The notes beneath the pieces were generated by a model, which saw nothing but the letters and a program-made list of their open reading frames with translations, did no database searches and was not told where the DNA came from. From Mobula hypostoma (lineage: Eukaryota), in contig NC_086108.1 of assembly GCF_963921235.1 (NCBI RefSeq), forward strand, positions 48,796,001 through 48,860,000: a stretch of 64,000 bases of DNA, given 5' to 3'. Both the position numbers and the translations under genes were made by a program. Shown piece by piece: positions 1 to 12,200 of this stretch (position 1 is the stretch's first letter; every line of letters begins with the position of its first letter).

Positions 1-911
1 GCCTGAAACGTCGACTGCACCTCTTCCTACACAACCTATGGACTCGCTTTCAAGGATTCTTCATCTCATGTTCTTGATATTTATTTCTTATTAATTTATT
101 GTTATTATATTTTTTATTTTTTTCTCAGCTCAAGCTGGTAAAAACCGAGGTATGGACATGGCCAAGCACACTCATTTCTCAATTGCTAGGAACTTTTGGA
201 CAATTCTGGTGGCATTTAGTATCATGACTTTATGGAGATTTACTTAAATATTTCTGTATCAGCTGAATTGTTTAACGCTATTGTGTAGTGACTTTGGGAT
301 AACACCATTTGTAAGCATTACTACAGAATTAAGAAAATGTATACTTGTTACCTGGACTATTCCTCTTCTCACCCGGTCTCTTGCAAAAATGCCATCCCCT
401 CCTCGCAATTCCTCCGTCTCCGCCGCATCTGCTCTCAGGATGAGGCTTTTCATTTCAGGACAAAGGAGATGCCCTCCTTTTTTAAAGAAAGGGGCTCCCC
501 TTCCTCCACCATCAACTCTGCTCTTGAACGTATCTCCCCCATTTCACCGACATCTGCTCTCACTCCATCCTCCTGCCACCCCCACTAGGAATAGGGTTCC
601 CCTTGTCCTCACCTACCACCCCACCAGCCTCTGGGTCCAACGTATAATTCTCCATAACTTCCGCCACCTCCAACGGGATCCCACCACTAAGCACATCTTT
701 CCCTCCCCCCCCACCCCCCGCTTTCTGTAGGGATCGCTCCCTACATGACTCCCTTGTCCATTCGTTCCCCCCCATCCCTCCCCACCAATCTCCCTCCTGG
801 CACTTAACCTTGTAAGTGAAACAAGTGCTACACATGCCCTTACACTTCCTCCCTTACCACCATTCAGGGCCCCAAACAGTCCTTCCAGGTGAGGTGACAC
901 TTGACCTGTGA

Positions 912-1037
912 GTCTGTCTGTCTGTGTCTTGTTTTACAGTGGTTGGCATCCAGCTTAATGATGCATTACTGCCACCTTCTGCTCTGGAATGTGCACTGGA
1001 CATATAATCTAAATCCCTTCACCCAATCTCGCTCGCG

Positions 1038-1088
<51 letters not shown>

Positions 1089-1175
1089 CTACACTTTACC
1101 CTCCCATCTTTGACCATCCTAGTACCCTATTCCTGTTTATCCATCATATCCCATAAAAAAACCCCTGTACCCCAC
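912..1175 (-). mobile_element. Short LINE 3' fragment (probably Nimb/I-clade) inserted into the Penelope GIY-YIG region
   Basis: Breaks Penelope colinearity between GAGTCTG and TGATGTGATATAC. The minus strand ends cagaaggtggcagtaatgcatcattaagctggatgccaacc plus a (CAGA)n tail, resembling fish Nimb 3' ends (from memory). Confidence 0.5.
1038..1086. repeat. (CA)n microsatellite
   Basis: Directly visible CA run. Confidence 0.95.
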
Positions 1176-1774
1176 CTGATGTGATATACTGCGTCTGGTG
1201 CTCCTGATGCGGCCTTCTATATATTGGCGAGACCCGACACAGACTGGGAGATTGTTTTGCTGAAAACCTACGCTCTGTCCGCCAGAGAAAGTAGGATCTC
1301 CCAGTGGCCGCACATCTTAGTTCCACATCCCATTCCCATTCTGATATGTCTATCCACGGCCTCCTCTACTGTAAAGATGATGCCACACTCAGGTTGGAGG
1401 AACAACACCTTATATTCCGTCTGGGTAGCCTCCAACCTGATGCCATGAACACTGACTCCTCAAACTTCCACTCATGCCCCACCTCCCCCTCGTACCCCAT
1501 ACGTTATTTATTTATATATATATATACATTCTTTTTCTCTCTCTCCTTTTTCTCCTTCTGTCCCTCTCACTATACCCCTTGCCCATCCTCTGGGCTTCTC
1601 CCCTCCCCCTTTCTTTCACCCTAGGCCTCCTGTCCCATGATCCTCTCATATCCCTTTTGCCAATCACCTGTCCAGCTCTTGGCTTCATCCCTCCCCCTCC
1701 TGTTCTCTCCTATCATTTCGCATCTCCCCCTCCCCCTCCCACTTTCAAATCTCTTACTAGCTCTTCCTTCAGTT

Positions 1775-1810
1775 AGTCCTGATGAAGGGTCTCGGCCCGA
1801 AACGTCGACT
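1775..1810 (+). ncRNA. Minimal type I hammerhead ribozyme motif in the Penelope pLTR, intact core
   Basis: AGTC-CTGATGA-A-GGGT(ctcg)GCCC-GAAAC-GTC-GACT: stem I AGUC/GACU, CUGANGA core, stem II, GAAA, palindromic loopless stem III, GUC cleavage triplet. Confidence 0.75.
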
Positions 1811-3940
1811 GTACCTCTTCCTAGAGATGCTGCCTGGCCTGCTGCGTTCAGCAGCAACTTTTATGTGTGTTACTTGTTACTTTTCCATAGTTTTTCAATT
1901 TCCTCTTTTAATTAAGCATATTTCTGCTTTTTTTTACTTCTTGATTTCTGTATGTTGTGTGTGTGTTTCGAATGTCTATATCTATTAAATAAGTTGTTCT
2001 TCCTTGTTTATCCTGTAATTTTATATCTGGACTGTTATTATGGATTGTCCTATCTGTAATAAGAGATCAGTAGTAATATAATTTGAAGCACCGCGACTCT
2101 AAAACTGGATCAGGCTTGGAGTTATAGTAAACTATGGTGTCTTTTGTGAGTTTGTATATGAAAGCAAGATTTTGGTGAATGATGTTTTCCACTTGATTAT
2201 GCCTGTGTAAGTAATCAGATTGAGTTAAACTGTTGCAGGATCTTGTACTGTGTTGGGGATTGTTTGTGGTTTCTCTTAGCATTTCTGCATTTATCATCTT
2301 AAATTTGTTGGTCTTTTATTATGTATTTTTGATGATTTTTTGTGTTAACTGCCTGGTTCTGTGTTGCCACAAGGAACCGATTCTTCTGTTTCTTGGAAGA
2401 GGTTTCCAGTTCTGAGGCAGGCATTTGACACTTTCTTGTAAACATCTACTCCACTCAGATCGTGGGGATGTCTTCTATGGAGAGTTATGCTCTTCCATTG
2501 GTTAACTTTTCCTTCTATGGTGATAATTTTGTCATTTTTCTGGGTTTTGCTTTCATTTAAGTTTAGTGGTTGGTACTTATCAGAATTGTATATTCTCGCA
2601 TGGAGTGCTGAATTCTGTTTTCATTGTTGAAAATATATCCTTAGAAGTTTTATTTAACTGTTGTGTAATTTTTAATGTCTCGTACCCCCATTCCTCCTTC
2701 TGTCCTAGGTAGTGTTAATCTAAGTGTGTTTGACTGTACATAGTGTTTTCTAAAATTTGGCATTTCAGTTCTTATTTTTCTTTGTAAATTTTACAGATCA
2801 GTTTCAGACCAAGATATTATGCCAAAAGAATACATTAATATGAGCATAACGAAATTGTTTATTGCCTTTGTTGTATTTTTATTATTGAGCTCTGTTTGGC
2901 AGATTTTCTTAAGCCTTTAAGTAAATTCTGTCAAAAGTTTTCCATTATCACACTATGTCCTATTTTCCTTGCTTATTGATATTCCAGATACTTATATATT
3001 TCATGTTCATCCAACAGTTGTATTTTATCCTGCTGCTCTGCTTTATATTCTACTTTCTCTATTGCACCTTTCTTTCTGTTTAATGTTCAGTAAATTAGAG
3101 TGGGTTTAAAGCTAGACAAAATCATGGTGGGCTTAGGGATTCGACTTGGTTTATTATGGTAACAGTGGTTGTTCTTTTTTGCTAGTTAATAGATAGTGTG
3201 CTTTTAGTCATAGTCATACTTCATTGATCCTGGGGGAAATTGGATTTCATTACAGTTGCACCATAAATAATAAATAGTAATAAAACCATAAATAGTTAAA
3301 TAGTAATATGTAGATTATGCCAGGAAATAAGTCCAGGACACGCCAATGCTTCATTAGATGTTGTAAGAATTTCGCAAGAGATAGTTTACATATATATACG
3401 GTAAAGAACTTCCATTAACCATGAGTGTGGAACAGAATCAAATGCTTTTTGTTAGGAATATAATAACATGAAAGATTTCTGCTTTTCCACTGTGCTTGAT
3501 TTAGAATTACAGAATCTATTATCAGTTGTTCTTTACATTTTTTCATGCGCTTACAGCGTCCTTTCTGCTTTTCTGTGCATACAGTATATTGTGGTTGTCC
3601 GAGAGAGGAGTTATTTGTTCCAAGACAAATAATGATATAATTTTTCCTATAGTTTGTAAACAAGTAATAGAGTGATATTTTGGTGGGTCATTTGTGATTT
3701 CTCCTTTAGGTAGAAATACGTTTTACCTTCTGTCAGTATTATTGTTGTTGTTGTTGTTTGCACAGTTTGTTGCCTTTTTCACATAGCTGGTTTGCCTGTT
3801 CTGTTCAGGCTGGTCTTTCACTGATTCTATTGTGTTTCTCAAACTTACTGTGAATGCTCACAAGAAATGGATCTCAGGGTTGTATATGGAGATGTATATG
3901 CACTTTGATCATAAATTTACTGTCAACTCTAAACTTTGAA

Positions 3941-4252
3941 GCCAATTTAAACAACCCCTTATATTGCACCCTTGAGTGGTAATAAAGCAGGTGTAGTGAG
4001 CTTGCATCTGCTTCTACAGATAGAGCGTCCACAAAGCTGCTCTATAAACAATACTAGCTTTAACTTCAAGCTGATTACTGCTTGCCATTTACATTTTAAG
4101 AAAAGAAAACTGACTTCCATTTACAACCAGAGCCTAAGCAAAGCTATATATGGAAGTTTACCTTTATCGGTTTGCGATCTTACAGCTGAGAACTGCTGTG
4201 ATTAGAAAGCGAGCTTTGCGAAATATCAGAAAGGAAGGGAATGTCCATCACA
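3941..4252 (+). repeat. Unclassified dispersed repeat, copy 1
   Basis: Colinear with 16349-16671; shared core tttaacttcaa.ctgattactgcttgcca.ttacattttaagaa and actgacttccatttacaaccaga. Confidence 0.75.
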
Positions 4253-6800
4253 CCACCCTCCCCCCATCCCCACCCAGCTGAGCAAAAATTTCTAGTCCAG
4301 CTTTTTCCAATGGGTATCAGCTTCAAGATTGTGACTCCTGCTGAGACTCCACTTGGGAGCAGACTATCATTCCACCAGCCGTTCCACAAGGTTACCAGTG
4401 CTGGAAAGGCTCTCTTCGATCGGATGCTCAAAGAATTCATTGAGTACTTCCCAATGATTTTCTCATTGGGGTACTAACTTCCTTAATCTCAGCTGCACAC
4501 ATTTACCAAACCTGAAAGGAATGCCACCTCTATAATTTTCCATAAATACACAGCAACGGCACATCAGTGTCCATATTAGTCCATCTTTAAAATTCTCTTC
4601 CTCAAACAATTCTTGCCATTTCCTTGATGCAACTTTGAATCACTGTCTCTGTCACCGGTAGTTCATCAGGTCAGCTGGCAATGTCTTTCAATAAGATAGT
4701 TCGACGCTTTTACGGGGATGTTCCCATTCTTTTCAATGTGGTGCACTACTTCACCTGGGTTTTCTGAAAAAACAAGTCTTGTAAACAAGTTACTGACTAT
4801 GTAGTGCTGTCATCTTTTGCCCAAGGACTTGTAATCTCACATTTTGGTTAGAGAAAATGAAATCCATCAGCTACATGATTTTGCAATATAATAATATACC
4901 TAAAAACAAAACATTTACAGAAGTAAGCATACAGTTGTCCTGTTTAAAATTCCGTCTATACTTTTATTTCTAAGCTCCACAAAAAATGTCAGAACATAGG
5001 GGTTGGTTATGGCCCTCCCATGGGAGTGAACACCACTGGTAAGCAGTAACTTAATACCAACAATACCATCTGCATAAGTTTCTTCCCATTTTTGTGACCC
5101 TGGACTCTGGGTACAATTGTTCAGGTTTCCCCCTTTACTCTGTTAAGTATTGGGCCTAATTGATAAGAATTGATCATTCTTCCCAACTTCTGTGGGTTTC
5201 CAGAATACTCAGTCTGCTCTGTCAAACAATGGAATTTTATCAACCAAATGTACAAATTGTTCTTATAACTTTAAATATAGCATGAATAGCAGTACTGGGA
5301 GGCCTGGTGTCCTATTTGTTGCATTGTAGGAGTACCACATGCACAACATATGCTTATACCAAAATTGCAAGTATACACATTCAAATAGTTCTACCTTATA
5401 ACAATATAAAGCTTTGTAGATCTCAAAGATGCTAGCATTACATTTCTGTTTCTGAAGAAATAACAACAGAATAAGTAAAAATGGTATCAGGAGTATAGCA
5501 TTCTTCTGGGGTAGCTATCTTTCTCCTTCTGATAAGTCTTTTACCATTATACACACAAATATAGTAAGATAGATGGTTTTAAAAGTCAAAGGTATAAACC
5601 ATGATAACACAATGCTACCATTAGCAATGAACAACATATTTACAAAGTACATTATATAAAATATTAAGAACAATATATATAAAAGTTACCAACATTAAAA
5701 AGTAAGTAAGCAACATCCAAATAGGTATGTGATAAAATAATGTTTGTTGATTCATCTTTCTCTGAGGTTATTTTATTAAACCAATAATTCAAGACAGACA
5801 CATCCCAACGCACCCCCCCCCCGCCAGCCCAAGATGAAGCAAGAGACATGCATATCCGTATACATACAACATTAGTATTCAGGTCTAGGAAAGGGAGAGG
5901 ACGGATAACATGATCAGGGTGGTCTTTGCTCTTCACTCTATCAGGGTTGAGGACAAACCAGAGAAATAGATAAATGGTAAATACAAGTCTGTGTATAGAC
6001 CCCTGATCCAGGATGATGCAAAAAGGCAAGGTACAACTTACAGAGGGCTATCGCAAGAGCAATTCCTATTGAGGCTAGAAGTGGAATCGGATGCATATCA
6101 ATTCTGGCAGTGTTTGCAGGCCATTACTTCTTACAAAGTGAAATTTAACATGATAAACGGCAGTGATGCTTCACTCCCGAACAAGCTCAATGACTCTTAT
6201 GCATGTTTTGAAAGGGAAAATAAAACTACAGCTATGAGGACCCCTGCAACATCCAGTGACCCTGTGACCTCTGTCTCGCAGGCCAACATCAGAATGTCTT
6301 TCAAGAGAATGAACCCTTGCAAGGTGACAGGCTCCAATGGAGTACCTGTTAGGGCTCTGAAAACCTGTGCCAGGTGTATTCAAAAGTATTTTCTACAGTC
6401 GGAAGTTGCCACCTACTTCAGAAGGCTAACAATCAAACCAGTGCCCAAGGGGAGCATGTGAGCTGTGTTAATGACTATTACACAGTAGAACTCATATCTA
6501 CAGTGCTTTCAGAGGTTGGTTCTGGCTAGAATGAACTCCAAACTAAGCAAGGACTTGGTGGTACTGCAATTTGTCTATTATCACAACAGGTTTACAGTGG
6601 ATGCGATCTCATTGGCTCTTCACGCGGCCTTGAATCACCTGGACAATACTAGTTTTATATCAGGCTGCTGTTCATTGACTACAGCTCAGCATTTAATATA
6701 ATAGGTTGCAGAAGTGGCAGATGGAGTTCTACCCGGAGAAGTGTGAGGTGGTACACTTTGGAAGGACAAACTCCAAGGCAGAGTACAAAGTAAATGGCAG

Positions 6801-7981
6801 ACGAGGGAGATGTCTTCCTTTTTTAAAGAAAGGGGCTTCCCTTCCTCCACTATCAACTCTGCTCTTAAACTCATCTCCCCCATTTCACGTACATCTGCTC
6901 TCACTTCATCCTCCCGCCACCACAATAGGAATAGGGTTCCCCTGGTCCTCACCTACCACCCCACCAGCCTCCGGGTCCAACATACTATTCTCCGTAACTT
7001 CCGCCACCTCCAACGGGATCCCACCACTAAGCACATCTTTCCCTCCCCGCCTCTCTCTGCATTCCGCAGGGATCGCTCCCTACACAACCCCCTTGTCCAT
7101 TCGTCCCCCCCATTCCTCCCCACTGATCTCCCTCCTGGCACTTATCCGTGTAAGCGGAACAAGTGCTACACATGCCCTTACACTTCCTCCCTTACCACCA
7201 TTCAGGGCCCCAAACAGTCCTTCCAGGTGAGGCAACACTTCACCTGTGAGTCGACTGGGGTGATATACTGCGTCCCGTGCTCCCGATGTGGCCTTTTATA
7301 TATTGGCGAGACCCGACGCAGACTGGGAGACCGCTTTGCTGAACATCTACGCTCTGTCCGCCAGAGAAAGCAGGATCTCCCAGTGGCCACACATTTTAAT
7401 TCCACATCCCATTCCCATTCTGACATGTCTATCCACGGCCTCCTCTACTGTAAAGATGAAGCCACACTCAGGTTGGAGGAACAACACCTTATATTCCGTC
7501 TGGGTAGCCTCCAACCTGATGGCATGAACATCGACTTCTCTAACTTCCGCTAAGGCCCCGCCTCCCCCTCGTACCCCATCTGTTGCTTGTTTTTATGCAC
7601 ACATTCTTTCTCTCACTCTCCTTTTTCTCCCTCTGTCCCTCTGAATATACCTCTTGCCCATCCTCTGGGTCACCCCCCCCGTCTTTCTTCCCGGACCTCC
7701 TGTCCCATGATCCTCTCGTATCCCCTTTTGCCTATCACCTGTCCAGCTCTTGGCTCTATCCCTCTCCCTCCTGTCTTCTCCTGTCATTTTGGATCTCCCC
7801 CTCCCCCTCCAACTTTCAAATCCCTTACTCACTCTTCCTTCAGTTAGTCCTGACGAAGGGTCTCGGCCTGAAACGTTGACTGCACCTCTTCCTACAGATG
7901 CTGCTTGGCCTGCTGCGTTCACCAGCAACTTTGATGTGTGTTGCTTGAATTTCCAGCATCTGCAGAATTCCTGTTGTTTGC
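6801..7981 (+). mobile_element. Penelope-like element with an open GIY-YIG ORF (6810-7553) and pLTR
   Basis: Cys-rich linker CKRNKCYTC, then VIYCVPCSRCGLLYIGETRRRLGDRFAEH..VATHFN..EQHLIFRLGSLQPDGMNIDF. 13-bp TSD AAGTAAATGGCAG at 6788-6800 and 7982-7994. Confidence 0.95.
7846..7881 (+). ncRNA. Minimal hammerhead motif in the Penelope pLTR (GUU triplet variant)
   Basis: AGTC-CTGACGA-A-GGGT(ctcg)GCCT-GAAAC-GTT-GACT. Confidence 0.65.
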
Positions 7982-9257
7982 AAGTAAATGGCAGGATACT
8001 TGGTAGTGTGGAGGAGCAGAGGGATCTGGGGGTACATGTCCACAGATCCCTGAAAGTTGCCTCACAGGTAGATAGGGTAGTTAAGAAAGCTTATGGGGTG
8101 TTAGCTTTCATAAATTGAGGGATAGAGTTTAAGAGTCGCGAGGTAATGATGCAGCTCTATAAAACTCTGGTTAGGCCACACTTGGAGTACTGTGTCCAGT
8201 TCTGGTCACCTCACTATAGGAGGGATGCGGAAGCATTGGAAAAGGTACAGAGGAAATTTACCAAGATGCTGCCTGGTTTAGAGAGTATGCATTATGATCA
8301 GAGATTAAGGGAGCTAGGGCTTTACTCTTTGGAGAGAAGAGGAAGAGAGGAGACATGATAGAGGTGTACAAGATAATAAGAGGAATAGATAGAGTGGATA
8401 GCCAACGCCTCTTCCCCAGGGGACCACTGCTCAATACAAGAGGACATGGCTTTAAGGTAAGGGGTGGGAAGTTCAAAGGGGATATTAGAGGAAGGTTTTT
8501 TACTCAGAGAGTGGTTGGTGTGTGGAATACCCTGCCTGAGTCAGTGGTGGAGGCAGATACAGTAGTGAAATTTAAGAGACTACTAGACAGGTATATGGAG
8601 GAATTTAAGGTGGGGGGTTATATGGGAGGCAGAGTTTGAGGGTCGGCACAACAATGTGGGCTGAAGGGCCTGTACTGTGCTGTACTATTCTATGTTCTAT
8701 GTTATAATCATTCCTACAGTACTGAGGAAAAAGCTCCAAAACCTTGGCCTGTGTACCTCCCTCTACAACTGGACCCTCAGCTCCCTCTCCAGAAGACAAT
8801 AGTCTGGGTGGATTGGAAATAACATCTCCACCTCACTGATAATCAACATTGCCACAACTCAAGGATGTGGCAATGTTCTTGGCTCACTGCTCTGCTCTCT
8901 ACACCCATGACTAGGCACAGGTCAAAAAAACCATCTATAAATTTGCTGAGGACACATTTATTATTGGAAGGATTTCATATGTGACGAGGAAGCGTATGGG
9001 AGAAAGATAGATCAGCTGGTTGAATGGTTTCACTGTCACAGCACTCAATGTCAGTAAAACCAAAGAATTGATTTTGGACTTCAGAAAGGGTAAGCTGCAG
9101 AGATTTGTGACCTCAGTCAGCTCTGTCATGGGCTCTCGTCTCCCCATCATCCAGGACATCTTCAAGGAGCAATGTCTCACAAAGGTGGCATCCATCATTA
9201 AGGATCCCCATCACCCAGGACATGACCTCTTCTCATTACTATCATTAGGGAGGAGGT

Positions 9258-12200
9258 TGAGAATGGTGCAACTGTTGTCCTGAGCTGTGTATATTTCAAT
9301 GCAAGGAGTATCATAGGAAGGGGAGATGAGCTCAGGACATGGATCAACACCAGGAATTATGATGTTGTAGCCATCAGTGAGACTTGGTTACGGGAGGTAC
9401 AGGACTGGCAGCTCAATATTCCAGGTCTCCATTGTTTTAGACGTGTCAGAGCAGGAAGGATTAAAAGATGAGGGGAGGCATTATTAGTCAGGGAAAATGT
9501 CACGGCAGTGCTCGGTCAGGACAGACAGAACTCATTTAGTGAGACATTATGGGTGGAAATGAGGAATAAGAAAGGTATGAGCACATTAATGGAGCTGCAT
9601 TACAGACCACCCAACAGTCCGAGTGATTTAGAGGAACAAATTTGTAGAGCAATCACAGACTGATTAAAGAAACATAAGGTTGTTATAGTAGGTGATTTTA
9701 GCTTTCTACATATTGACTGGGACTCCCATACTGTAAAAGGACTAGATGGGATAGAGTTTGTCAGCATGTTCATTAAAGTTTCCTTAATCAGTACGCAGAA
9801 GTCCCAACAGGAGAGTGCGCAATACTTGATCTGCTATGAGGAATTGAGACAGAGCAGATAATAGAAGTTTGTGTCTTACATTTAGCGATCACAATGCCAT
9901 TAATTTCACTTGGTTGAGTCTTGGTTGCAGGAGGGGCAGGACTAGCAGCTCAGTATTCTGTGGTTCTACTGTTTTAGATGCGGCAGAGTGGGAGAGATTA
10001 ATCCAAGTGTGGAGCCAAAAGAGATGGGGAAGATCTTAAATCATTCTTTGCATCTGTAGTTGCTCAGGGGATGGACTCAGAGTGTATAGAAGTCAAGCAA
10101 AGCAGCATCAAATTCATGGGCCCTATTCAGATTGCTGTGGAAGAGGTGTTGCAGTCATCAGACAAATCATGGTGGATAAATCCCCAGGGCCTGACAAAGT
10201 GTTCCCTTGGACCCTGCGGAAGGCAAGGGTAGAAACTGCAGGGGCAAGAGCAGAGATACTTAAATCATCCTTAGCGATAGCTGAGGTACCAGAGGATTGG
10301 AGGATAGTCTATGTTGTTCCGTTGTTCAAGAAAGGCTCTAAAAATAAACAAGGGAACTACAGGCCAGTGAGCCTAACATCAGTTGTGGGAAAGTTATTGG
10401 AAGGTATTCTGAGTGATTGGATATATAAGTATTTGGATAGACATGGACCGATTAAGGATAGTCAGCATTGCTTTGTACGTGGTAGGTCACAACCAAGCAA
10501 TCTTGTCGAGTTTTTCCAAGGAAGTTACCAGGAAAGTTGATGAAGACAAGCCAGTGGATGTTGTCCACATGGACCTTAATAAGGCATTTGACAAATTCCG
10601 GCATTAGTAGATAAATAGTTACAAATGTTGGTAGATAGTTGCCTCTCTGGCTGGAGGCCTGTGACTAATGGAGTGCCACAGCAATCGGTGCTGTGCTCAC
10701 TGTTGTTTGTCATCCATATCAGTAATCTAGATGGTAATGTGGTTAACTGGATCAACAAATTTGCAGATGACACCAAGATGGGTAAATGGGCTAAAAAATG
10801 GCAGATGAAATTTAATGTAGACAAGTACGAGGTGTTGCACTTTGGTAGGACAAAGCAGGGTAGGTCTTACACAGTAAATGGTAGGGCAATGAAGAGTGCC
10901 TAAGAACAAAGAGAGCTGGGAATACACATCTATAATTCATTGAAAGTGGCGGCTTAGGTAGATAGGGTCGTAAAGAAAGCTTTTGCCACATTGTCCTTCA
11001 TAAATCAAAGTTTGAGTACAGGACATGGAGTGTTATGTTGAAGTTGTGTAAGACATTAGTGAGACCTAATTTGGAATATTGTTTGCAGTTTTGGTCACCT
11101 ACCTATAGGAAAGATGTAAATAAGATTGAAAGTATACAGAAAAATATTATAAGGATGTTGTCGGGTCTGGAGGACCCAGGTTAAAAGGAAAGATAGAATA
11201 GGTTCGGATTTTATTATTGGGACATAGAAGATTGAGAGGAGATTTGATAGAGGTATACAAAATTATGAGGGATATAGATAGGGTAAATGCAAGCAGGCTT
11301 TTCCCACTGTGGTTGGGTGGGACTACAACAAGAGGTCATGGGATAGGGTGAAAGGTTAAAAGGCTAAAGGGAAGGTGAGGGGAAACTTCCTCACTCAGAT
11401 GTTTGTGAGAGTGTGGAACAAGCTGCCAGACCGAGTGGAGTATGCAAACTCGAATTCAATGTTTTAATTATTTATTTTTATTTATTACAAACAAACAAAA
11501 AAACACAAAAAAATACAGCACATCCACAAAACCTACAATCATAACAAAATCAAATTAAATATTGAGCAGCAAAAGGGAGAAAAATATAAAGGCAAAAGTA
11601 AACATACACAGCAGAGGTGCACCACACCAAAAAACCTCAGTCCTCACCCCGTAAGAAAGTCCAATACAGGACCCCATATCCTTTCAAAGATGTCCCCTCC
11701 GTCCTCATTACATAGTCTCAGTCTCTCCAAATGTAAAGTATTTGCCAGTTCTCTCAGCCACAGATCGTATGTAGGCACAGAGTCCATTTTCCATTTTTGC
11801 AGGATTAACTTCTTAGCAATCACCATTCCAAACAACACAGCTATTTTTTCATACGTATTGGCTGAAGATAGGGAGTTTGTTGCTCCAAGGATGGCTATGA
11901 GTGGGTCTGGTTCCCACCGCTTCCCAAAAGCCTCAGAGAAACAGTGAAAAATACTTTTCCAGTATGCATAAAGCTTACAACATGACCAGAATGAATGTGA
12001 CAAATTACTATTATTGTTACTGTTCACAGATTTACATCTATTACAAACTGGTGAAACATCAGGGTAGAAACTGTGCAACTTTTCTTTGGAATAATGGAGT
12101 CTACATATTGTTTTAAACTGTATAAGTCTGTGTCTGATGTTGACCGAACAATCATGTATACTCTTTAAACACTCGTCCCAGACCTCCTCCATCAGTTCTA

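Larger units (their letters stand above)
352..1870 (+). mobile_element. Penelope-like element (RT thumb, GIY-YIG endonuclease, 3' pLTR), 5'-truncated
   Basis: YLDYSSSHPVSCKNAIPSSQFLRLRRICSQ, RVPLVLTYHP and ATLRLEEQHLIFRLGSLQPD. Near-identical to 6801-7981. Flanking TACTTGTTAC at 342-351 and 1871-1880. Confidence 0.9.
100..3738 (-). mobile_element. R4/Dong-clade LINE with restriction-like endonuclease, 5'-truncated and degraded, interrupted by Penelope and other inserts
   Basis: Minus-strand RT motifs (KYHSITCLQT; EKQKGR..CKEQLIIDSVILNQAQ..RNLS; AFDSVPHSWL after a frameshift; YKYLE), then YLHRHNQVENIIH and a PD-(D/E)xK-type segment TDRTIHNNSPDI..YLIDIDI..KQKY. The C-terminus VVMLTNGVIPKSL..LHKVMILNATRIVQKFL lies left of the Penelope, followed by an A/TAA-rich tail. 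Confidence 0.8.
6703..8702 (+). mobile_element. CR1 LINE 3' portion, hosting a Penelope insertion
   Basis: KWQMEFYPEKCEVVHFGR, LYKTLVRPHLEYCVQFWSP and FFTQRVVGVWNTLP, with a (TTCTATG)n tail. Candidate TSD TATAAT at 6697-6702 and 8703-8708. Confidence 0.9.
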
